From Atractiella rhizophila (Eukaryota): a stretch of DNA of 61,477 bases. Shown in pieces: positions 51,062 through 61,477 of the stretch (its first letter is position 1; every line of letters starts with the position of its first letter). The stretch lies in contig MU271458.1 in the NCBI GenBank assembly GCA_021432655.1, forward strand, positions 1-61,477, read 5' to 3'. The position numbers were made by a program, and so were the translations under genes. The notes beneath the pieces were generated by a model. That model had not been told where the DNA came from. It saw only the letters and a program-made list of their open reading frames with translations, and searched no databases.

Positions 51062-54000
51062 TCACAACCACGGGAACCAGGTCGCTTCCATGTGTGCAAG
51101 ATGGAAAGGATTCGTTGACATGTTGATCAGCTCTAGAATGGTTTGCGTCACAGGAGTTAGACCGTTTGCCTTTTTGAAAGTGATTAAACTTTTTCAAGAC
51201 GTGGAGGGGAAAGCACAGACCCGTTCTCTTTCCATCCGACAAGACAATTCTCTAGCTCTTGCTACCACCGCGTTCAGGTTGCTTCCCGCGTCAAAGGATC
51301 GTTAGTCGGCTTGTGGTGCGTTGTGTACCAACTCGAGACCTCCTCTCGCGCGAAGATTGCAAAGCGATTTTGAATGTCGCGCTGTAGGCAGTGGTCATTA
51401 TCTTGGAATCGTTGAAAAGACAGAGCTGAGAACATACAGGGTGCTCCGTAAGACAACGAGCAATTGCTAAGAGAGATGATACGAGCGGTCCTTCGATTCC
51501 GATAGGCGTGACGTAAGTTTGCAGATTCGGAGTGAAGCGGAAAGGCACCGGCTCATCATTACTGATAACTGGCCGTTCACGTCCAGGTTCATCTTGAGGA
51601 CCAGGCATGTCTAAGAGCCAGCGGAAGTCAGTGAGGCTCTCGCTGAAGGCAGAGAACGCACTGGGCAGCACATCAGTTGCAAAGAAGCTGCCTTTAGATC
51701 GCGACAGCATGATACGAGAAGGATTGCGCTTCGCGACCTGCAGAACGTAACTGATAAACATGAAGCCCGCCATATGCAACGTGATTTGTTTTCGGAGATA
51801 CCAATACGATGTCTGATTTGGCATGGTTCGCTCCAAATACTACATCCAAAGTAAGCGTGGCTCTAGACAAATCATTGAGAGCATACCCTCTTGAGGATAG
51901 TGTCTGGACACAGCTTCGCGGCGATTTCGTCCGCAATCTCCATCTTTGCCATTTTGTCATCGAACTCCTTTTTCAGTCTTTAGCATATATTTGCTGTAAA
52001 GAACTAGCACGGCTCACCTCTCCAGCTTTAACAGCAGACAACTGTCGCAGCCTCTCTGTTTGAAGTGTGATGGGATCGAAAGGTTCCATCCGGCGCTCCT
52101 TGCAGTAATGATCCCAAACATCTTGCAAACTCACGATGGAAGCGTCATCCTCAAACAAGCGTAACCGCGTCGATAGAGGCAAGGCGATAGGAATATGAAA
52201 TTTAAGACTACGTTTCCTCGTTTCTATTCGACTTTCAAGGATCCTGTGGATCGCAGTCAGTAGCGTCCTTCGTGCTATTAAACAAACGAACGAATTCATC
52301 ATGCGTAAGAATTGCATGATCTTCTCCTCTTTTCGAGCACTTTGAGGTTTGGATGGCTGTTGAATTGTAAGACCTTGAGGCGGACCAGTATTAGAAATGG
52401 CAAAATAATGCGATGATCCATCATGCCCTATCATCCCCAATCTTTTGTAGATTGTTGCGGACTTCTGGCAGACATCGAACTTCGGAGCGAAGTGACTGAT
52501 CCGAACGAAGTTTTGGTTGCTGTCCTCGTGCTAGGAATCGTCACTTTAAGTGCCTTCAGGTACAGCAGATCACATACCTTCAGATATTGCCCCGGTACTT
52601 CGATTTCATCGAACTTCTGGTACTGGAACTCAACTAGCCAGTGACTAACGCTCTCCACCGGAGGATGTTTACCCTTTTTGGCTAATGCAGTAGAATAACT
52701 ATGTTTCCATCGAGTTATACGATCGATGTAAACTCTCAGCGGTGTTGCATCATCCTTGAAATCCTCGAGCATCTCGTCCTATTATGCCAACGTTTAGCCC
52801 GTATTGCACGCAGAAGGTAAACGGAGCTACATACCCGAAGAGCAGGATCTTTGAGTCGTAATTTGACAAGTTGCCGCAGCTGCACCAGCAACTTTTCCGG
52901 TGGAGGCTCGGCTCCAGTTCCAGTTCCAGCCTTTCCATACTCCTGTTCATGATCAATGAATTGCTGCACGCTGAACAACAGCCATTACACACCTTAACAG
53001 CTTCATTCTGAAAGAAGCAAAGTGCTCTGAAGAAGTCTTCTTCAACTTGGAGCTTAAACCTTCCCGAGATCTGATCCACAATAAATTCCATTGTGAGCGC
53101 CAGTAACGGCGTGGCGGTCTTAAGAACGGCCATGATCTCCTCCGCGTGATTCCATGGATGCATTTTAACGTCTTCGTTATCCATGGGAGGTCTTGGAGTA
53201 TGAGGAGCGGGTGTATTCGGTTGCGGAGAGGACTGTGGAAGTTCTGCCGGCGTCTCCTGTTTGGGAATGGCAAGTTGAGTTTGAGAGTCATCAGAAGTGG
53301 AGGGAGGTGGAGCATTGGAAGGAACCGGTGTGGGAGGCACGGATGATGGTGCGACTGCTGATGGAGGTGCTTGAGGTAACGATGGGGGATGCTCACGTTC
53401 GTACTTTTCGCGAAAAGGTGCTTGCTCCTCGATGTAGGTCCGACAGTAGAAGAAGAGTGCCTTTCATGCGTTTTTAGTTCAAACGAGCAGTTAAGGATAT
53501 TGGATAAAATGCAAACCTGAGGATTCATTTTAGCTATTCGGAAGAGAATGCGCTTGACGAACCGGGCGTCCTTGGAGGAGAGAAGTTGGAGAAGTTGAGG
53601 AATAAAGGTGATCCAGTACCAATGAGGGATGTCGCCTTTATAGTCATTGAAAGCAGTCATGATCTGTGGTTGATGCTCCTCGATGTTCATGAACCAAAGC
53701 AATCTCGCCATCATCTTTCTACACTTCTGATTCTTGTACTGTCCTATTGCCTGAAGATAGGCTGAGCAAGCCTGGACGGCGTAATGCACGTTATCAGGCT
53801 TCGTCTCTTGGAAAAGAACGTCGTGATATTCTCCCCATTCAGCCCACGCCTTGGGATAATTGATGTCTAGGACAACCGCATGATTAAAGGTGCTGTTCGC
53901 ATCGTCCATCAAATTCGATTCAGCCAAGAACATCGCTTTGAGTGTGAAAAATTCAGCTTTCTGAGCTGGCGTGAAATACATCAAATTCGTATTGTTGATG

Positions 54001-55070
54001 GTATCGAGCGCAGTAGAGATTTCAGCCGGATTTTGAGCATGACATTTCGCCTGTTCTCGAAGCTTGAGGAAAGCTTCTTGAATTTCGATATTCGGAAGAG
54101 TGTAGATGGAGTTGAGTTGGTCGTGGCAAACATGGGTGAGTTTGTGCTTCCGAGCGACGTGAGCAAATTTATTGGTAATCCAAGCGGTCTCGTGATAGCC
54201 TCGATAGGCGTGACTGGCAGAATTCGATCCTCCAGGGTTGACAGAACTCCGATTATCAGACGGGGCAAGAGGAATATAGGTCCTGTTGATAGCAGCAAAG
54301 ACATGTTGTCGCCAGGCAATCAAATCACTCCAGATGTTAATGTCATCCCAATCATTCGGCAAGCGTTCTCTCCAAGTAGAAAGTACGTTCCTAAGTTCGA
54401 CAGCTCGATTGTCTAAATTATTCTTGTCCGTGTTAGCCAGCGACATGTACACTTGGGCAGCTTCGTTGAGTTCGACGAATGACTGGAACATTTGAAGGAG
54501 CGGAATATGAGAGTCGGAAACGATTTCAGGAAGCGACCACCACTTTCGAAGGGTAAGTTGCGTCCCTTCTTCGATGGTCTTGAGGAAGGTTTGCCTATCG
54601 AAAGGAGTGCCAGAGTCTTGGGACTTGACAAGCTGCAAATACGCTTCCATAACTTTTCGACGCGGAGTGACTGGTGTATCTGCCGCCTGAAGTGCAGCCG
54701 CAATTTGATCTTTCTCTGGAGCCCAGTCTGGCTTGAGACGCCAATAGCACTCGAGGAGGAGGTCCTGATTTCCTTCCAGCTGAGCGAGCTCAGTGAGGAT
54801 TTCCCACTGTTCGTAGCAGACAGAACGTTTCCTCAACCACCATGCCACACTAGAATAAAGAGTAAAGAGACACGGACGTTCTGCAGCTTTTGAGCCATAT
54901 GAATCCAATGGTCCCTCCCATAGCAAGTAATCAGTTTCAGGGAAGTGAAGGTATTGTCGCTTCCCCTGTAGCTGGCAGTTCTCGTACATCATTTGAGCCT
55001 CATTCCACATAGATGCCTGCTCGTATGCCAAGGCTACGCTCGTCGGCGAAGCCGTCGACTGGTTTGACAT
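51062..55070 (-). CDS. TRA1: Tra1/TRRAP C-terminal part only (part of FAT, PIKK pseudokinase, FATC)
   Basis: ALAYEQASMWNEAQMMYE, WRERLPNDWDDINIWSDLIAWRQHVF, AYRGYHETAWITNKFAHVARKH, IYTLPNIEIQEAFLKLREQAKCH, FDEIEVPGQYL, EPVPFRFTPNLQ, FATC MEATWFPWL*. The N-terminal HEAT region is absent; two apparent frameshifts. Confidence 0.9.
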
Positions 55071-55455
55071 GGTGGACGCGTTTCTGATAGCTCAGTTATA
55101 ACGCAATAATGTTCAAAACATTGAACGTTGTTCAAAATCGTCGGTTCCGGACGTCCGCAGCAATGCATTTCCTTCTCTCTCAGTGCAGTTTACTGCTTTA
55201 TCATAGGTAGAACAATCAATTATGAGAGGACACAAGTGCTTAGAGGTTAGCATTACGCTTAGAAGTTTACAGAGCAGAAGTGGGATATGTTGACTTCAAA
55301 CAGCTAATCAATTCATATTCTAACACAATTACACAGTGAAATGGATTTTATTTTCATTGACTCTTAACGGTCCCCACGTCCTCGTTTAAACGGTTGCCAT
55401 GATTGCTTCAACGCGGAAGGCGATTTCTTCAACCTTTAAAGGCGGATTCCATCTG

Positions 55456-57023
55456 TCAGTATCCGATGCCTCCCCCAACAGGAGAACGACTCACGCTATT
55501 AGCAGTCTTTCGGATCTGCAAATCCCATCTCTTCGTCTCCCTCGCTCCAAGTTCTTCCTCCTCCCCCTCTTCTCCATGTTTTGCCGCAACATTGGATACC
55601 ATTCCTTCTGTTCCCACCCCCATTGGCTCGAACATGATGATCCTATCGACCTGATCAATCGAGGCTTTCAATCTGCCTTTCCTGTACCATTCGTCGCGCC
55701 ATCTGTTCTGCGGCCGAAGGTTTCAATCCGAGAAGAAGACCAACGCCTCCGAATGAGATGTTGTTGTAGATCCTCGATGCTGAGAGGAGATTGTGTTCCA
55801 TCACGGCCTTATCAAGTAGCGTCTCAGGTCCTTTCTTCCCCTCCTCTTCCTCATCTTCAAAGCCACGAATTGGCGCAGAGGCGGCAACGCGAGCCATTTG
55901 GTGTGGCTGAAGGGTAGCAGCGAAGCCAGAGAGTTCTGACGGCGCGATGATGTGGTCTAAGAACATCTTGGAGAGAATGTTGCTGTGTGCGAGCACTTTC
56001 GTCCGCTCATCTCGATATAGCGCTGCAAGAAGACGCGAGCGTGCTGGCCCTGCAGGGGAGAGCACGGCGCAGTTGAGTGCCGCTGATCTGCGATCCCAAA
56101 CTCCAATCAATCTGTCTCGCATGACACGCGCATTGAGAGAAAGGGGACACACAAAGCCAGGTCTCTATCGCTCTCCGCCAGTTCACCCACGAACGATATT
56201 TCATGATACCTCAAACCCGCCTCCACAAACTTCCTTCTCGAATCCAGAATCTTCGCATGGTTGAGCTTGTACTTGAGATGTGTCTCTTTGTTGTCCGTAG
56301 AGTTAATTAAGAGGGCAGCACGGTTATGAAATCCTTCTGCGGAGACGGTGTCGTCATCCTCTAGTAACAGACGGACGATCCGGATGTAGATGTCTAGCCG
56401 CTCAACATCTGAGAAGGTGCTGCACTTTCACAATTTAACTGATGAAGAATTTGGTGAAGGGGGACGAACCGGTGCCCTGACTCAAGGGGGATGGCTTGCA
56501 AAACTTTTGCTGCCTCTGTCCATTCTTCATTGTTCTCGTAATAATCTGCAAGCTTGAGTCGAAGAGCGGTCGTCTGTTCCATCCGTCAGATTGAATTGGA
56601 CTCGACCCGTATAGCGAAAATGGGGTATAGATTTCAACATTCAGCTTTCTCTTTGAAGCGATGTTAAGACGGTCGCATGAGAACGAAATTAACAGGCGAT
56701 ACAGATGCTCGCTCAACTGAGCATATTAAGATAAAGACGCGTACCTGTTCCTCAAAGCTAGGACCTGTAACAGCGACAAGCGATTCCTTTATTATCTCTG
56801 CCTTATTCGCAGGATCGCTTATCTTCTCTAATCCATCCACAAAGCTCTGGAGGATAGCCCGCGTAAGTAAGGTGCCAGCGCTGTCATTGACTACAGCTGC
56901 GAGAAAGGTGCGGAAGTCGGAAGGCGAAGCAGGCCCTTGAAATAACTCGTTGAGAAGCACTTGGTACGACGCTTGTCGTTCTCTTTGTCCCTGCTTAGAG
57001 ATCGTGGAGAGGCGGTCATCCAT
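55456..57023 (-). CDS. CSN4: COP9 signalosome subunit 4, with an apparent +1 frameshift at ~55679
   Basis: SFEEQ, LADYYENNEEWTEAAKVLQAIPLESGHR, AVLSPAGPARSRLLAALYRDER, LDKAVMEHNLLSASRIYNNISF, LKASIDQVDRIIMF. Confidence 0.92.
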
Positions 57024-57294
57024 CTTGAGTGAGAGTCGCGTTTGTGATCTTGCAATGAACGGACTTGCCCTTGCGACAACTTGCGACATCGCGCGACCGG
57101 GTCCGTACACCACTTCGTTCAGGGAGTATGATAACAGCTTGCCTTTCCCTACCAAACCAGTGGTGAGCTGAAGGACTGGCTTCAGGCGACAACACAATAT
57201 TTTCCTGTTCCGCAGGTAACTGTATTAACAGAAGGCTCCCTATAATCTTTCTTCCGTATTGTATCCTCTCCATTGTTCTGAGAGACAAAACCAA

Positions 57295-57680
57295 TCAACG
57301 TAAACTTCGTGATTGCTTCAAAATGGACAAGAGAAGGCGTACAGAAGCAGAACCCTTAAAACGTCGAATCTCCCTCACCAACTCATAAAAAGCCTCTGCG
57401 ACGTTTTCCCCTGTCAAGGCAGAAATTTCAAAAATGGGCAGGCGAGAATCTGCGCCAGCTCCATGCACTCTTCCGGTACTCTGATCAACCTTTCCTTCGC
57501 ACACCTTCGATAGACAAAAGAGGATACCGCAAACCTCCACCGCTCTCAATTGTGCAGCATCACATTTGGTTGAGAACAATGGGAACATATTCCGTTTTCT
57601 AACCATAACAATTCGTTCAAATTTGGGGATGTGGTGGAAGGAATCCCGTACCTTTAAACGCAGGAGATATTGATGCATCT
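57295..57680 (-). pseudogene. decayed Ras-family GTPase fragment
   Basis: PIFEISALTGENVAEAFYELVREIRRF matches Ras G5 and the last helix; degenerate TKCD stands in for NKCD; no P-loop or CAAX seen. Confidence 0.55.
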
Positions 57681-58010
57681 TGTGCGCAAATGTGAAGGAG
57701 CGCCGGTCGGTAATATGAGGTCAACATAGATTCGGCAACAACAGAGAGTACTGCCATGCCATGAGCTAACAAAGGCAGTGAGTATGAAAGCGAGTAACTA
57801 CACAACAGTGCAGCAGGTCTTGTCTGAAACCACCTTAAAGTAAGCCTTGTCTGGTCGCGTGCCTTTGTTCAGAACAAAGCTCACTACACATAGAAGTAGA
57901 TCGATAAAGGAATCTTTCAGTCAATACTGCAGCCATTTAAGTTCCAACAGCTTTCAGAGTATTTACTCATCCAGGCGTACTTTCCGCCATTCACAACGCA
58001 GTTAGAGAAC

Positions 58011-58415
58011 ATGCCTACAGAAGCTGCTTTGAATCAGTCTATCAATACTCCCACACCAGCACATAATAATGCATCCGCGAAAGTGGACACTCTGGCAATG
58101 CAGATGTTAACTGACGGAAGCGGATTAAGACTTGATGATGATGATGGAAGCAAAAAAGCGATATTACTCTTCCTCATCATTGTAGGGGTGATATTATTGT
58201 TGGTGTGTCAGGTTTTTCACTTATCGAATACCTGTCCTGACTTGAGACTATAGATTGGGATTAATTGGGCTGCAAGGCTGTATTGGATCCATAGAAAGCT
58301 CAAAGAGGACCAGAAAGGCATGATGACAGTGTTGCCCACCAATCGTAGAGAAGACAACGTTCCCAGGGCTCCTTGGAATTTAGAAAGTGATCCCGGTTCG
58401 TTTTCATGCCTCTAG
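58011..58415 (+). CDS. small single-TM hypothetical protein
   Basis: Two exons; TM AILLFLIIVGVILLL-IGINW; clean frame to TAG 58413-58415. Confidence 0.45.
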
Positions 58416-59199
58416 AGATTCACAATCGATATGATGAGCTATAGGGCAGTCGGTAATGACCTCCGAGTCGTCCAAAAACCGGAAGAAGCTTCGCATCGAG
58501 GTTCCCCCACAGCACTCATCAGACATTCGGCTTTCGTTCTCTGAATGAGCACTTCAGCACAAAGCGCGCTTCGTTCCGGCATTTCATTAGCTTTGACCCT
58601 GTGGCCTGTAGGTGTGTAAATAAAAATAGTTGGGTCAATGCTCAAGAGGTACAAAACGTAGGAAGAATTGCGGGAGCTTGCGGACATCCATCACTTATCT
58701 CAGCCAGCATATCGAAGATAAGTGGAGCAATAGTGTATAGGACTTAATAGCCAATAACCCCAACCAAAAAGTGCGGAATGTCAGCGTCTAGTATCCGTTC
58801 AGAAGAGCGGTTAAAGCGGAGGCGGACGGGATATCCGTGCCGGTCCTTCCCAGAGCTCCACATCCCACAAACTCGCCCCGTTCCCACCCATCTTCCTCCA
58901 CACAAGCAAAAGGCGAATCGGAGCAAACTCCAACCGGACGTGACGATATCTGTCAGCGTTGGTGCTCTTGAATACCAGGCTGACTGTTCAAATTACATCG
59001 TTATCGCCAATCGATCCAAGAATGCTCTCTCGATCCGTCAACCACCTTCTACCAGGCGGACAACCGAAAGCTCCAACGGAGGAATGCCGCAATCGTTGGG
59101 GCCTAATTCAATGCTCGTTGAATAAAATAGCTGCAAGCATGTTCAGAAACAACGCAACAGAGTGGCAAATGATCGTGCGAAATGTCAGTGAACACCGAC

Positions 59200-59964
59200 A
59201 TGAAAATGACTCCGTTATATAAGAACACCGCCTGTCTCGTCTGCAGATCGAGGAACGTTCGGTGGGTAATATTTCCAATTCTTTTCTCTTCTAGTTCTCG
59301 AGGACAGAGTTAACCATTCCTTTCTGTTGCGACAGGTGTGATGGCGTTCGTCCAATATGCGGTAAGATACTTCCTCATTCCTCAGATTTGGGAGGCTTCT
59401 CATCAGGTGGTGGGAGAAGGAACATGTGTCCGTAGCGCAAGAGCTCAACGCATACCTCCAGAAGAGAGGAACTGTACATGGCCCTCTGGCAGTCCACCTC
59501 CACCACAGTCCTCCATCCAGCCTAGCAACCGGTTGAGCAAGAAAGAAGAGCAAGAAAGGAAGATAGCTGAATTAGAAGAAAGGACGGGTAAGCTCATTCT
59601 CCCGCGGTATTTTCGAGTGTTTCTGACTAGTAATGATGGCGCAGCAAGATTGGAGGAACTTACTGAAGTCAACATTGAGTTCTTGAGACTATTACAGTCA
59701 CAACAGGCGACAATCAATGCAGCGGTCGTTCCATCTAGTAGTGCATCCCAGGTTGTAGAACAACCACCAACACGGCTGGTCCCACCAAACAGTGCAATTG
59801 GGGACGGGGCAAACGGCGAAGCTTTTCTCCGAATTATGGGTCTGCTACCTTCAGCTCCTCTATATCATCCGATGTTTTCGGGTGAGGATAGAAAAAGTAG
59901 CGTGGAAACTTTGAAGACAAACGAAGAGCAAGGAAAAGGAGTGGAGGGCGAGTCAGTGACTTGA
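59200..59964 (+). CDS. short Zn(II)2Cys6 protein with coiled coil
   Basis: Spliced TACLVCRSRNVRCDGVRPICGTC-x15-CTW followed by EQERKIAELEER...LEEL. Confidence 0.75.
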
Positions 59965-60512
59965 CAGGATAGCTTGTGGATGTTAGCGTGCATTTGGCCA
60001 TTTACAGCATATCGACACCGCAAAGGGTAATACAAAGGGTGACTTAAGTCAATTAAGGATCGTTATTTCAATGGTTGTTGAAAGCACACAAACATGTCTG
60101 TGTCAAAGAAATGGCTGGCGGACATAACTGGACTGACGGAGAGCTCGCTTTTGAAGCAATCTCTTCTGCAATCCTTTCTGCAACACTTCCGTATATCGGT
60201 GGCATGCTTCTCAAATTGACGATTCAGTGCCAGCCATCGTACACGAGACAGCAAGAAAGAATGGTGACTCGCAGAGACAAGGAGAGGGGGCAAAATTGAA
60301 GAGCTCACCGTGAGAAGACACAAACTGTTACAAAATGTCCTCTGGCTCACTTGCTGCTATAAATCCCAATATACTCTCTTGCTTAACTACTCAATATGGT
60401 GGTTTGGCGTGATTGACATTCGACATTCGGATGAGATGAGATCACCGACGTCCTGGTGCGCATTCGATGACGACGCATTTAACAACCAACAACTGGGCGA
60501 GCAGGCAAGAGG

Positions 60513-61232
60513 ATGCTCTCCGAATTGCTCACAAGAACACTCTCCATCCAGACCGAATCCCTCGTCTCTCTCATAATAACGATTGCAATCGCCTTCTTCC
60601 TCATCTATGCCCTGCTCCTGAGCATCTACCACACCATCCGCTCCACTTTCCTGCTCGCCAAATTCGTATTCAAATGGACACTAGTAGCCCTCATATTCGC
60701 TGTTGTGCTCGGAGAGATGGGTGGATGGAGTGGATGGCGCTTTGGTGGTGGGAAGGTGGAGTGTGATGTGGATGGCGCAGGTGGTGGAGTTGCGAATGGT
60801 CATGTTGGTGTTGGTGGGACGGAGGGATGGAAGAATCCTTGGACTACGCATCAAGGGGAGAGATCGAACCCTTATTCTTCCCAGGCCCATTCCCAGTTTC
60901 ACGCCAGAAGTCCTGGTCATCAAGGAGAAGAAGAGCAACCGAATCCGCTCGACCTTCTGCTCCAGTTCATGAACCCCGACTCGACAGATGCGACTCCGAC
61001 TTGCGATCCCAAGGACTCATCGTGTCTCAAACAGCAAGAGAAGCTAAGGAAGAATAAAGAAGGGATGAATGGAGCTGGGAGTGTTGGGATGATGGTGATG
61101 AAGCAAGGAATGAGGTATTTCACTGCACCGTTGTCGGAGTTGCTTGGTGGGTGGCGGACGAAGATTGAGGAGGCCTTGAGGGAAGAGATCGAGAAGGAAG
61201 AAGAAAGGAGAGGGACAAGGAATCGAAAATAG
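60513..61232 (+). CDS. membrane protein with two N-terminal TM helices (Apq12-like pattern)
   Basis: Intronless 239-aa ORF; LVSLIITIAIAFFLIYALLLSIY...FVFKWTLVALIFAVVLG. Confidence 0.55.
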   Translation: MLSELLTRTLSIQTESLVSLIITIAIAFFLIYALLLSIYHTIRSTFLLAKFVFKWTLVALIFAVVLGEMGGWSGWRFGGGKVECDVDGAGGGVANGHVGVGGTEGWKNPWTTHQGERSNPYSSQAHSQFHARSPGHQGEEEQPNPLDLLLQFMNPDSTDATPTCDPKDSSCLKQQEKLRKNKEGMNGAGSVGMMVMKQGMRYFTAPLSELLGGWRTKIEEALREEIEKEEERRGTRNRK

Positions 61233-61477
61233 TCACTTGGTGAGTATCTCCTCGACCAGATGAACTGATGGGGTGATGCGTCTGCTGTGCCAGAAAGGCC
61301 AGAAAGGATTCGAGTTTCGTCGCTGTCGCTTCGTTGACTCAGCTTGGATAGACGTGTGAAAATGCTCCTTTGTGCTCTTACTCTTACATCGTTTTTGAGC
61401 TTCTTTGAAGCTTTCAAAGTGCAGTCGCAGTTTGTTGTAGGAATAGTCAATTTGTTGTACCACTAAATTGACATCTG
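61233..61477 (-). CDS. 3' end of a gene entering from the right edge
   Basis: Open frame from the window end to TGA at 61235-61233; product unknown. Confidence 0.35.
   Translation of the reverse strand, partial: DVNLVVQQIDYSYNKLRLHFESFKEAQKRCKSKSTKEHFHTSIQAESTKRQRRNSNPFWPFWHSRRITPSVHLVEEILTK

Overview
Gene-dense, intron-rich fungal genomic DNA. Short ~45-70 nt GT-AG introns and the protein families present point to a basidiomycete, possibly Pucciniomycotina (inference). About 25 protein-coding loci can be rebuilt by hand across introns: SNRNP40-like WD40, FMT1, two Zn2Cys6 factors, an Ifh1/Crf1-like protein, Boi1/Pob1, a Ppo linoleate diol synthase, DUF6534-type membrane proteins (one in a 1.67-kb tandem duplication), Tlg1, a Pcl-type cyclin, an F-box protein, an HMT1 ABC transporter, Tma17, a C-terminal-only Tra1 and CSN4. 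The top candidate for a new system is the unusually long (874 nt) first intron of FMT1. It holds a nested-helix RNA with a CTAACCCT telomere template directly 3' of a boundary-type hairpin and inside a perfect 10-bp enclosing helix, i.e. a candidate intron-encoded telomerase RNA. Other leads: a stand-alone C-terminal Tra1 with its own strong start context, a possible poison exon in SNRNP40, structured snoRNA-like elements upstream of the Ifh1-like gene, and a truncated HAM1-like gene fused in front of an F-box gene. Several single-base homopolymer frameshifts look like assembly errors. All family calls come from motif recognition by eye and all base pairings were found by hand; no database search or folding program was run.
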